Shown one piece after another: positions 29,299 to 38,541 of a stretch of 64,000 bases of DNA; within the stretch, counting starts at the first letter, position 1; every line of letters starts with the position of its first letter. The DNA comes from an uncultured Leptospirales bacterium (GTDB taxonomy: Bacteria > Spirochaetota > UBA4802 > UBA5550). The stretch lies in NCBI GenBank assembly GCA_964529965.1, contig CAZHAD010000003.1, positions 16,660 through 80,659 on the forward strand, read 5' to 3'. A model generated the notes under the pieces. It ran no database searches, was not told the origin of the DNA, and worked only from the letters and a program-made list of their open reading frames with translations. The position numbers and the translations under genes were made by a program.

Positions 29299-29871
29299 TC
29301 ATTTTTTGACACACAGCCTTTCGTCAAAAGAATCGATGCTGAAGATGTTCTCCAAGGGAAGCCGCTCCGGCCTGCTCCGCTCCGCCTCCGCGTGCCTTTC
29401 GGAAAGCCTTGACACATCATCCGTCTTTTTACCCACGCTGATGAGCGTGATGAGTAAAAACTCACCAGGTATCCCGAGCGCCTGTTTGACTGTGTCCGAA
29501 TCGAAACCGGCGATCGGGTGAGCCACCAGGCCCATCTCGGTGGCGCGCAGGATCATCGAACCGACCGCCATGCCGAGGTCGAAAAGGTAATACTCCCTCT
29601 CCTTTACAAGGCAATCGTGCTCCCTGCGTGCAAACGCGGCGATAACCAAGGACGCCTTGCGGAACCATTCGTTTCCCTTGTTCAGACCGTTGAAAACCTT
29701 TTCCAGCGAATTCTTCGACCTGACGAACACGAAACGCCACGGCTGATTATTGAAGCACGAGCACATGAGCCGCGCGGCGCCGGCAAGCCCGACTATCACC
29801 TCGTCGGTGATATCCGCCGGACCGAGCGCCCGATAGGCCCGACGCGTCTGAATGGCGTCTTTTACGTCCAT
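29299..29871 (-). CDS. Nitroreductase family protein
   Basis: ATG 29871 gives MDVKDAIQTRRAYRALG, the canonical family N-terminus. The longer track ORF start (29982) is unlikely. Confidence 0.8.
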   Translation of the reverse strand: MDVKDAIQTRRAYRALGPADITDEVIVGLAGAARLMCSCFNNQPWRFVFVRSKNSLEKVFNGLNKGNEWFRKASLVIAAFARREHDCLVKEREYYLFDLGMAVGSMILRATEMGLVAHPIAGFDSDTVKQALGIPGEFLLITLISVGKKTDDVSRLSERHAEAERSRPERLPLENIFSIDSFDERLCVKK

Positions 29872-29946
29872 AGCATCCTCCTTAAGAAAATTGTCCGCCA
29901 GGCTCTTGTTTGTTCGCCCTGTTTCAAAAAAATACCGAATGGCGCT

Positions 29947-29967
29947 CCGCCTGAAATATTCAGGCGG
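29947..29967. promoter_or_regulatory. Perfect 9-bp inverted repeat upstream of the nitroreductase gene
   Basis: CCGCCTGAA-ATA-TTCAGGCGG, 76-96 nt upstream of the 29871 start. Confidence 0.35.
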
Positions 29968-30710
29968 GGTGCGTCTTCCCATGGCGCCTCAACCTCGACC
30001 CCGCGGTTATGTTCCGACAGGATCCTAAATCCCAATCGCCGTATCTCTCCGCGCAGATAGGGAACAGACCCCGGCCCGCACGAGACGGTTAATGATTTAT
30101 TGCTTAATATGTCCACCGGATATCCAACCCACTTAATTATCATTTCGTAAGATAATGTTCAGAGCCGGATGAATCAAGATTCAGTTGGATGTAATTGGCA
30201 AGGATTTTTTATACAGTCATGTATGTTTATAGATTAAATCTCAATTTTCCTAACGCAGAGAGCGCAGAAGGTTTCAGGAGTCTGATGCGTATACGCACCG
30301 CATCGGACGCACGGGAAGGGCGGAGCGTTCCAGTGACGCGTATACCTTTGTCACGGGGGAAGACGCCGGAACCGTTCAGGTGATAGAGAGAAAAATGGGC
30401 GGAAAGATAAAGCGCCGGATGATCGAGGGGTTTAATTACAATGCGCCGAGAAAGGCAGATGCATATGAACAGGAGTCGCGGCGGCCGTTTCGCAGAAGAA
30501 AGGCGTCCTAAGAACCGAGTTCAGTAATACTCCTGGCTTAGGCGGATTGTATCTCATTATCGTCTACCCGGCGATAAAGATTTATAATCCGCCTCTCACC
30601 GGTTTTGGATAAGCCTTCAGACAAATAAAAGATCAAAGAATTATGCTTGATCCGCAGGTGCAATATTAAAGTATGGAAAAAACCTTAATGAATATAAGGA
30701 GAAGAATCGT

Positions 30711-31214
30711 ATGGGCCCGCTAACCGCTATAATTAAAACCAATAAAGGGGATATTAAACTTACGCTTCACCCGGATAAGGCCCCGGTCACAGTCGCAAGC
30801 TTCGTAAACCTCGCGCTTCACGGGTTTTACAACGGCCTTAAGTTCCATCGCGTGATCGCGGACTTCATGATCCAGGGCGGCTGTCCCAAGGGCACCGGCA
30901 CCGGCGGCCCGGGCTATACGTTCGAGGACGAGTGCACGCCTGAGTTGAAGCATGACAGGCCGGGCGTCCTCTCCATGGCCAACGCGGGCCCGCACACGAA
31001 CGGAAGCCAGTTCTTCATCACCCACACGGCCACGCCATGGCTCAACGGAAAGCACACGGTTTTCGGTTCGGCAACCGGTGAAGGAGACATGAAAACCGTG
31101 AACAGCATAAGGCAGGGAGACGTTATTGAATCGGTCACGGTAGAGGGCGATACGAACGAATTGTTCGCTGAAGTTGCCGATAAAATTAAGGAGTGGAATT
31201 CAATTCTGCGGTAA
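30711..31214 (+). CDS. ppiB: Peptidyl-prolyl cis-trans isomerase, cyclophilin type
   Basis: [41 protein letters not shown]. Confidence 0.9.
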   Translation: MGPLTAIIKTNKGDIKLTLHPDKAPVTVASFVNLALHGFYNGLKFHRVIADFMIQGGCPKGTGTGGPGYTFEDECTPELKHDRPGVLSMANAGPHTNGSQFFITHTATPWLNGKHTVFGSATGEGDMKTVNSIRQGDVIESVTVEGDTNELFAEVADKIKEWNSILR

Positions 31215-31256
31215 TCCGCGGCGCACCCTGCCGGCGTAATTAAAAAGGGAGTTCGC

Positions 31257-31595
31257 TTGTCCGACAAAATAATATATTCAACGGCAACGGGCGATTTGCG
31301 GGAAAAAATGAAGAACGAGAACGGCCGCGGATCGCGCACCGGCACCAAAAATGACGGCATCGTCAGGGTACGGAAGGAAAGCAAAGGAAGGGGCGGTAAG
31401 ACGGTGTCGGCGATTTACGGGCTTCCCTTGTCCGGCAAGGAAATATCCGACCTGGCCGCGAAGCTAAAGCGCGGGTGCGGGACAGGCGGGACGGTCAAAA
31501 ACAACGCAATCATCATCCAGGGCGATAAAATCGATTTTCTCATCCAATTCTTGCAACATGAAGGCTTTACGGTTAAACGGTCGGGCGGGAGTTGA
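31257..31595 (+). CDS. yciH: Translation initiation factor SUI1/YciH family
   Basis: TTG start. VRVRKESKGRGGKTVSAIYGL...KRGCGTGGTVKNNAIIIQGDK...GFTVKRSGG. Confidence 0.85.
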   Translation: MSDKIIYSTATGDLREKMKNENGRGSRTGTKNDGIVRVRKESKGRGGKTVSAIYGLPLSGKEISDLAAKLKRGCGTGGTVKNNAIIIQGDKIDFLIQFLQHEGFTVKRSGGS

Positions 31596-31855
31596 TGGAC
31601 GGAATTTTTTTCACTAGAATAGTTTGAACGATAAAAATTTTTATACAGCGTTGTTGCAATCGTACTGGGCCGGTACATAAAATCCCCTAGACTCCTTTAA
31701 AATCGGGCAATAATCCCCCCCTGTCCCTCGTTGGGGGCACGGAAAAAAAATTTTTTTATAATAGAAACAAGCATAATGTTTCATGCCCTCTCGGAGGAAA
31801 GGGGGGTCTATCAACTCATGAAATTATTAATAATTATATAAAAGGCAGATATGCA

Positions 31856-32961
31856 ATGCTAAACGTGCGCGACCTTACGCTCTCTTTCGGCAAGAGAGTG
31901 CTTTTCAAGGAAGTTAATATGAATTTCTCCCCCGGCAATTCGTACGGGCTCATCGGCGCGAACGGTTCCGGGAAATCGACGTTTCTTAAAATATTGTCCG
32001 GCGAAATCGAGCCGACATCGGGCGCGGTCGACCGGAACCCGAAGGAGCGTATCGCCGTCCTGAGGCAGGACCAATCCGCGTTTGACGAACACAGGGCGAT
32101 CGAAACCGTTATAATGGGCCATCCCAAGATGTATGAAGTGCTGAAAGAGCGGGAGGCAGTGTACTCCAAGGAAAAATTTTCCGAGAAGGACGGGCACCGG
32201 GCCGCTGAGCTCGAGGAGATCCTGGACGAGATGAACGGCTACGAGGCGGAATCCGACGCCGCTGCCCTGCTCGGCGGCCTGGGGATCGGCGATGAGCTGC
32301 AGGCGAAGAGGATGAAGGAGCTCGAGGGGGGCGAAAAGGTGCGGGTGCTGCTGGCGCAGGCGCTTTTCGGCAACCCGGATATCCTGCTCCTTGACGAGCC
32401 CACGAACAACCTGGATATTGAATCGATAACATGGCTTGAAAATTTTCTCTATAATTTCAACAACACGGTCGTGGTGGTGTCCCACGACCGGCATTTTATT
32501 AACAAGGTCTGCACGCATATAGCGGACATAGATTTCGGGAGGATACGGCTCTATACCGGTAATTACGACTTCTGGGTGCAGTCAAGCCAGCTCGCGCTAA
32601 AACAAAAGAAAGAGGAAAACAGGAAAAAGGAAGATAAGATCAGGGAGCTGCAGTCGTTCATCGAGCGGTTCAGCTCAAACGCCTCAAAGGCAAGGCAGGC
32701 TACCTCAAGAAAAAAATTACTGGAAAAGCTCACACTTGACGAGATACCGCCCTCAACAACGGCCTCATCAATTTCCCGGGGGTCATCCTGTTCGCCTCGC
32801 ACGACCACCAGTTCATCGATTCGATCGCGAACAGGATCATAGAAATCACTCCTTCCGGGGTCATCGACCGGGTCATACGATTTGATGAATATTTAGAGAG
32901 CGAAGAGGTGCGAAGCCGCAGGGACGAGCTGTACCACGGGCATCAGAGGCTCGGCTTGTAA
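31856..32961 (+). pseudogene. ABC-F family ATPase with an internal deletion of the second nucleotide-binding domain plus a frameshift
   Basis: NBD1 is intact (GANGSGKST, LEGGEKVRV, LLLDEPTNNLD) and so is the linker (SNASKARQATSRKKLLEKLTLDEIPPS). At about 32750-32760 the frame breaks. The extreme C-terminus resumes in another frame (NGLINFPGVILFASHDHQFIDSIANRIIEITPSGVID...*, stop 32959-32961). Confidence 0.75.
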
Positions 32962-32979
32962 TAGTAACCGGAGGGGTCT

Positions 32980-34056
32980 TTATTCGTCATTTTTTTTTGT
33001 GCTTTCATCTTCCCAGTCCCAGAAAAAGTCCTTGTTGGTCAGCTCCTGCTCTTTTTCGCCCGCCGGTTCCGGCCTGCGAAGGTTTTCCGGAAGGTCCGCA
33101 GCGCCGGCATGAATAAAGTCCAGTTGGTCTTCAAGGTCTTCGGTTTCATCCTCCCAGTACTGTGCGGTGCCGAAATGCGGAAAAGCCGGGGGAAACGCCG
33201 GGTCGTCCCAGCGCTGTGCTATCCATGCCGCGTACCGGACATAGCGCAACGCCCTGAGGGGCTCTATCAGCCGCACCCATGTATTATCGAAGTCTCTGAA
33301 CTGCCGGTAGGCCTCGATAAAGACCTCGCGCTGGCGCAGTCCTTCCCGGTCCCGCGCCGGCACGAGCATCCACAGGTCCTGCACTGCCGGACCGGTCAGG
33401 AAATCATCGAAATCGAGGAAGAACCAGCCTTCGCTCCCGTGCAGGAGGTTGCCCAGATGGCAGTCGCCGTGTATACGGTGAAAGGGAACGTCCTTGCAAA
33501 GCGATTCATATATCCCCGCTAACTCCGTCACCGCATTATGGTACCTGTCTCTGCAGTGCTGCGGGAGAAAGTCGTTTTCTTCGAGGAAGGCGAGCGGACC
33601 GAGCCCGTATGTCTCGCCGGTCAGCCGGATCCGGTGCGCGGCTATTTTGGCCGCTCCGTTGTTATGGATGCGGCCGAGCAGCCTGCCCAGGGTTTCGAGG
33701 ACCGGGTCCGAAAGCTCGTCCGGCACCCTGCCCCCGGTGCGCGGCCATATCGCGTAGAGTATCCCTTCGATTTCGCGCAGGGTCGTTCCGTCCTGAAAAT
33801 GTATTGGGGCACATACCGGTATTTCGTCATCCGACAAGTCGAACAGAAATTCGTGTTCTTCCAGAATTTGCTCCCTGGTCCATCTTCCCGGCCTGTAGAA
33901 TTTAGCCACCACGTGCGAGCCGTCCTCAAGCCTGAGGTCATAAACCCTGTTCTCGTAGCTGTTTAAAGCCATGCAGTGGCCGGTCGGCTCAAAGCCGCAG
34001 TTTTCCACCGCTTTAATAACGACATCAGGGGTCAGCTGATAGAAAAAGTTATTCAT
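32980..34056 (-). CDS. srkA: Stress response kinase A (SrkA/RdoA/YihE family Ser/Thr kinase)
   Basis: LNSYENRVYDL, KFYRPGRWT, HGDCHLGNLL, GPAVQDLWML, IEPLRALR, colinear with E. coli YihE. Confidence 0.9.
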   Translation of the reverse strand: MNNFFYQLTPDVVIKAVENCGFEPTGHCMALNSYENRVYDLRLEDGSHVVAKFYRPGRWTREQILEEHEFLFDLSDDEIPVCAPIHFQDGTTLREIEGILYAIWPRTGGRVPDELSDPVLETLGRLLGRIHNNGAAKIAAHRIRLTGETYGLGPLAFLEENDFLPQHCRDRYHNAVTELAGIYESLCKDVPFHRIHGDCHLGNLLHGSEGWFFLDFDDFLTGPAVQDLWMLVPARDREGLRQREVFIEAYRQFRDFDNTWVRLIEPLRALRYVRYAAWIAQRWDDPAFPPAFPHFGTAQYWEDETEDLEDQLDFIHAGAADLPENLRRPEPAGEKEQELTNKDFFWDWEDESTKKNDE

Positions 34057-34077
34057 TAATTAAGAAAACCCGGTAAA

Positions 34078-34632
34078 TTATTTTGCGCCAAACGACCGGT
34101 CGAAGAGCTCGCCAATCGCTCTTTTCGCGTCATCGGTCAGGTTTCGCGTACCGGTGCCGCAGAAGGTTTTGTGCGATATGACCGGCCGGTCTTCAACCCA
34201 TGAGCCATCGGTCCAGGTGAACCACGCCCTGCGCTCCTGGTCATACACGCTTACCGGACGATTAAAGAGCTTTGCAAGCTCGACGCCCCATCCCGTTCCT
34301 CCCTTAATCGTATTGTCAACCTGTATCCAGCCTACGGAAAAGACCTGGTAACCCTTGTTGACCATGTGAAAAAGAGATTGTATTACCTTCCTGATCATGT
34401 CGAGCTCTGAAAATTTTCTGCCCATTTTCATGGACACTATCTCCATGCTCACGTTGCCCTCCGCGAGCTGATCGGGCCCGAGCAACTGGATTCCCTTGGC
34501 TCGCTCCATCCGGTGGCCGTCGAATGAGAAGTTGATTTCTTTGATCCCGTGTTTTTCGGCCTGTCTTCCGAATTCGGCCTCAGCCCCTTTATGGCCGCCG
34601 CTGTATAACGTAAAGTTTGATGAATCAGACAT
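34078..34632 (-). CDS. Hypothetical protein with a DprA/LOG (SLOG)-like YSGGxxGAE motif
   Basis: 184-aa ORF in GC-rich coding-like sequence. The N-terminus LYSGGHKGAEAEFGRQAEKHG resembles the nucleotide-binding loop of SLOG Rossmann proteins. No further family assignment is possible. Confidence 0.55.
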   Translation of the reverse strand: MSDSSNFTLYSGGHKGAEAEFGRQAEKHGIKEINFSFDGHRMERAKGIQLLGPDQLAEGNVSMEIVSMKMGRKFSELDMIRKVIQSLFHMVNKGYQVFSVGWIQVDNTIKGGTGWGVELAKLFNRPVSVYDQERRAWFTWTDGSWVEDRPVISHKTFCGTGTRNLTDDAKRAIGELFDRSFGAK

Positions 34633-35172
34633 TCTAAACTCCTGTATTATTTATGATGCTGCAGATCTTCTATTGAGGTGGTGTTTCTAAAGATTATCTG
34701 ATAGCCGGCACAATATGAATATCCACTGTTCGCGGTCACAAGGGAGACGATGCGGCGTTTTGTCAATGATTAATATGGGTTCACTCAGTTGATGGATATG
34801 AAGACGGTCAAATTATTGCTTTTCCTGAAATTACTGTGACGGAAAGACAGAAGACCGTAATCGTTAAGATCGTTAAAAACGCGGCGGTCATAAATGACGT
34901 CTCACAAAACAATTCCGCGCACGCGCGATGGCCTTTGCCGCTATGTTCCCATATTCCTCATACAGCGTATCCATATAACGCCGCAGCTATCTCTGAAGAA
35001 TAATTCTTTAAAAAATCGATTATTTTTAATTGACAAAGTGCCATCTATGGGCTCCTTCATCATAAGCTTAATAGCCAACATGTTACGTTTAGTGGCGATT
35101 AAAGAAACGATAATCCATCAAACCGCGGCCGCATAGTGAAGCTAATAATTATTCGTATTTTTTTAATTCTAT

Positions 35173-35595
35173 ATGTTCAGAAAAAAAACAAATAACAATT
35201 TTAAAATCAAAACGATTATACTTCTGGCGGGTATTATTTTCAGCCTTTCCGTCGCTACCGAATCAGCAAAAAACCGCTGCAGCGGCGTTGGCGGTAAAAC
35301 AGGATGCAATCATCATTATAATTCGGTCAATACTGAAATATATTTCACAATCTTAAAAACCTGCTGCCACGGCAGCAGCCCTTTATGCGATCTGAGGAAC
35401 AATTCCGAGAATGCGGGGGCAATTCTCAAAACAAATAGTTTTAAATACAAAGTAAACAAACAAGATCCACACGTATTAGCACTGGTGAAGCAAGGTTCCG
35501 ATCTTCAATTTAAAAGGGCGGGACCTTTATTTTTTACATACAAATCAATAATTACATGCCCGATCTATCTGATCAACCAATCCTTCAGATGTTGA
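35173..35595 (+). CDS. Hypothetical secreted Cys-containing protein (weak call)
   Basis: ATG ORF of 140 aa with a signal-peptide-like N-terminus (KIKTIILLAGIIFSLSVA). AT-rich and lacks a convincing RBS. Confidence 0.3.
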   Translation: MFRKKTNNNFKIKTIILLAGIIFSLSVATESAKNRCSGVGGKTGCNHHYNSVNTEIYFTILKTCCHGSSPLCDLRNNSENAGAILKTNSFKYKVNKQDPHVLALVKQGSDLQFKRAGPLFFTYKSIITCPIYLINQSFRC

Positions 35596-35803
35596 GCAAT
35601 CTTTACGCATCATCTCTTTACCGCGGTCAATAAGAATTTTATTTCTTAACAGTAAAATTAAAAATCGTATTATCGATTCATGTTAAGAAATTGGCAGTAT
35701 GCTCAAAATGACCGCTTACACTGAGTGCGGTCATTACGACCCTTCAGTTGTAAGATAGTGTATATGAAGTATTATTTATATTTATATATTTTTGGAGAAA
35801 ACC

Positions 35804-36367
35804 ATGTCAAAGAAGGAAAATAATAATATGCAGAATAAACTAGAGGCCAAAAAGGCCATAGTTTTAAAAAAAAGAAAGAAGCATTTATCAAAACCGGCGA
35901 TAGTTATCGGCGGGATTTTGATTATCGCATCAGCGATATTTGTTGTCTTTAATATGATAAATAAATCCGAAACACCGGTGGCAACCGAGGTACAGACCGG
36001 CGGCAAGGGCCATGAATTTGCCTACCCCGTAGGTCTTTTTGAAGACCGAAAAGCAAAATATTTCAAATATACGAAAGATAATTTGACGATCAATTATTTC
36101 ATTTTGAAAAGCTCAGATGGGATAATACGCGCGGCATTCGACGCCTGCGACGTATGCTGGAGAGCCGGGAAGGGATACTATCAGGACGGCGACGAAATGG
36201 TGTGCGGAAATTGCGGCCGCCGCTTTGCATCTATCCGCATCAACGAAATCCAGGGCGGATGCAATCCTGCTCCTTTAAAGCGTCGCATTGAAGGCAATAA
36301 TGTCGTAATCGCAGCTGGCGACATCATTGAAGGGAAAGAATACTTCGATTTATCCGCAGGGAGATAA
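35804..36367 (+). CDS. Membrane-anchored CxxC...CxxC protein, DUF2318-like
   Basis: A TM helix (PAIVIGGILIIASAIFVVF) is followed by DACDVCWRAGKGYYQDGDEMVCGNCGRRF. GGAGA lies 5 nt upstream of ATG 35804. The family name is recalled from memory. Confidence 0.6.
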   Translation: MSKKENNNMQNKLEAKKAIVLKKRKKHLSKPAIVIGGILIIASAIFVVFNMINKSETPVATEVQTGGKGHEFAYPVGLFEDRKAKYFKYTKDNLTINYFILKSSDGIIRAAFDACDVCWRAGKGYYQDGDEMVCGNCGRRFASIRINEIQGGCNPAPLKRRIEGNNVVIAAGDIIEGKEYFDLSAGR

Positions 36368-36369
36368 GC

Positions 36370-37527
36370 ATGACATTAAAAGACATTGCTGTTAAAAATT
36401 TATTAAGAAGGAAATCCAAAGCGGTTTTCGTTCTGGCCGGTCTGCTCATCGGAGTGGCTACGGTTGTCGTGGTAATCAGTTTTATCGAAGGGATGACACG
36501 GGACATCAATGATAAGCTCGACAAATACGGTGCGAATATTTTAATGATGCCGAAAACCGAGAATCTCGCGCTCAATTACGGAGGACTCTCAATCGGCGGG
36601 GTTTCTTTTGAGATGGAAGAGATCCGCGAGGCCGAGCTTTCGAAAATAAAGACGATCAAAAATGCCGCAAATATAGCCGCGGTCGGACCTCTTGTTCTGG
36701 GGGCGGTCAAGGTTGAAGGTAAAAATGTGCTTCTGGCCGGGGTTGACTTTAACCAGTGCAAAATATTAAAACCGTGGTGGAACCTGAAAGATAAACCGCC
36801 GGCGGAAAATAATATCGTATTGGGTTATGACTCGGCTAAAGCGTTGAATAAAACAAAGGGCAGTTGGCTGGATATAAACGGCAGAACGATGATGGTCTCG
36901 AAGGTATTAAACCAGACCGGATCGCAGGATGATCAGATAATATTCGCTAATTTGAAAAAAGCCCAATACCTGCTCGGGAAAAAAGGCAAGATTTCAATGG
37001 TGGAAGTCGCGGCCCTCTGTTCGGCATGCCCGGTGGAAGAAATGGCAAAGCAGATTTCCGCGGTTATTCCCGGAGCAAAAGTCATGCCAATTCAGCAGGT
37101 TGTAAAGGGAAGGATGGAGACCCTTCAACAGTTCAAAAAATTTTCATATGGCGTATCGCTGGTCGTTCTTCTTATAGGAAGCCTGGTTGTTCTTGTAACC
37201 ATGATGGGCAACGTAAAAGAGCGTACCGACGAAATCGGGATATTACGGGCGATCGGCTTCCGGAAAAGCCATATTATGAAAATAATTTTGCTTGAAGCCG
37301 GAATTTTGTCTGGCATTGCCGGTTTATTCGGGTATCTGTTAGGGCTGGGCGCGACCAAAATCATCATCCGGTTCTTTTCCGAAAATAGTACGGCCAAATT
37401 ATCCATTAATATTGAAATTGCCGTAGGAGCTTTCTTTTTAGCCCTTTTCATAGGAATGGTTTCCAGCATTTATCCGGCCAGGCTTGCGGCCAGGCTTGAT
37501 CCCAGTGAAGCCCTGAGATCACTTTAG
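36370..37527 (+). CDS. ABC transporter permease, FtsX/MacB-like
   Basis: 385 aa with an N-terminal TM, a large extracytoplasmic domain and a C-terminal FtsX-type 3-TM bundle. Confidence 0.8.
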   Translation: MTLKDIAVKNLLRRKSKAVFVLAGLLIGVATVVVVISFIEGMTRDINDKLDKYGANILMMPKTENLALNYGGLSIGGVSFEMEEIREAELSKIKTIKNAANIAAVGPLVLGAVKVEGKNVLLAGVDFNQCKILKPWWNLKDKPPAENNIVLGYDSAKALNKTKGSWLDINGRTMMVSKVLNQTGSQDDQIIFANLKKAQYLLGKKGKISMVEVAALCSACPVEEMAKQISAVIPGAKVMPIQQVVKGRMETLQQFKKFSYGVSLVVLLIGSLVVLVTMMGNVKERTDEIGILRAIGFRKSHIMKIILLEAGILSGIAGLFGYLLGLGATKIIIRFFSENSTAKLSINIEIAVGAFFLALFIGMVSSIYPARLAARLDPSEALRSL

Positions 37528-37536
37528 GGGGTTGAT

Positions 37537-38238
37537 ATGAGCTATATACAGGCATACAATTTAAAAAAAGAGTATGGAACGGACGACGCGGTAGTTCATG
37601 CAGTTAATGGAATGAGCTTTACAATTGAACCGGGAGAATTTGTAAGCATTATGGGAGAATCAGGATCGGGAAAATCCACTCTTCTTTCAATGTTGGGCGC
37701 GATGAACAGGCCGACGTCCGGCGAACTGTTGATAGACGACATCGATATTTACAACATTGACGGTGAACGGCAGGCGGATTTCAGAAGGGAATTTCTCGGT
37801 TTCATTTTCCAGAGCTTTCATCTGATGCCGTATCTTACGGTAATTGAAAATGTCATGCTTCCGCTCGTGATTACCGGTTTTGACAAGAAGGAAAAGATTG
37901 AAATGGCTCACACCGCTCTCGGGCATGTGGGTTTGCTTAAGAAGGCCGATCGTCTCCCGAATCAGATATCCGGAGGCGAAATGGAACGTGTTGCAATAGC
38001 CAGAGCGATTGTAAATGAACCGCCCATTCTTCTTGCGGATGAGCCCACCGGCAATTTGGATACGGAAACATCAGCGGAGATAATGGATCTTTTGCTGAAG
38101 TTCAATTCTGAAGGCATGACGGTCATAATGGTCACGCATAATCCGCAATGCGCGGAATGTGCACACAGGATAATGCGAATATCCGATGGAGTCATTATTT
38201 CGGATAATTCAATTTTAAAAATAATTGGCAGTATTTGA
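37537..38238 (+). CDS. ABC transporter ATP-binding protein (MacB/LolD-type)
   Basis: GESGSGKST (Walker A), ISGGEMERVAIARAI (signature), ILLADEPTGNLD (Walker B). Confidence 0.9.
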   Translation: MSYIQAYNLKKEYGTDDAVVHAVNGMSFTIEPGEFVSIMGESGSGKSTLLSMLGAMNRPTSGELLIDDIDIYNIDGERQADFRREFLGFIFQSFHLMPYLTVIENVMLPLVITGFDKKEKIEMAHTALGHVGLLKKADRLPNQISGGEMERVAIARAIVNEPPILLADEPTGNLDTETSAEIMDLLLKFNSEGMTVIMVTHNPQCAECAHRIMRISDGVIISDNSILKIIGSI

Positions 38239-38313
38239 ATGAAGCCGACCTGACAACCCAAGCCGGTTTCCCGCGGGGCCGGCTGGGTTGCAGGCGAAGT
38301 CCGCATTATGTTG

Positions 38314-38541
38314 TTACAGCGCTCTGATTTCTAAAATTTCGGTTTTCCCATCCAGGCTTTGGATGATCCGCTCCCGGTATTCGGGCAAAAAACGGATACA
38401 GACCCCGCAGTCGGAGCTGATATGCTTCGGCACGGGGACGATCTTGTACGGAATGCCGCACTCCCTCAGTATCCGCTCTGCGTGCATGACGCGGCTCACC
38501 GAGTCGAAGAGCGCGATTAAATATTCGGTCTTTTCACTCAC
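38314..38541 (-). CDS. DUF3343 family small protein (putative Se/S carrier-associated)
   Basis: GTG at 38541 forms a GTGA overlap with the yedF stop. The product is VSEKTEYLIALFDSVSRVMHAERILRECGIPYKIVPVPKHISSDCGVCIRF. Confidence 0.65.
   Translation of the reverse strand: MSEKTEYLIALFDSVSRVMHAERILRECGIPYKIVPVPKHISSDCGVCIRFLPEYRERIIQSLDGKTEILEIRAL

Noticed and set aside
34740-35010. Two tiny overlapping minus-strand ORFs in the AT-rich gap, considered as a type I toxin-antitoxin-like pair. One is 28 aa (MDTLYEEYGNIAAKAIARARNCFVRRHL). The other is a hydrophobic 27 aa (MTAAFLTILTITVFCLSVTVISGKAII), joined by an ATGA overlap.
   Set aside because: No RBS or promoter evidence is visible. Such short ORFs arise by chance in 1 kb of AT-rich DNA, so this is noted only for follow-up with expression data.
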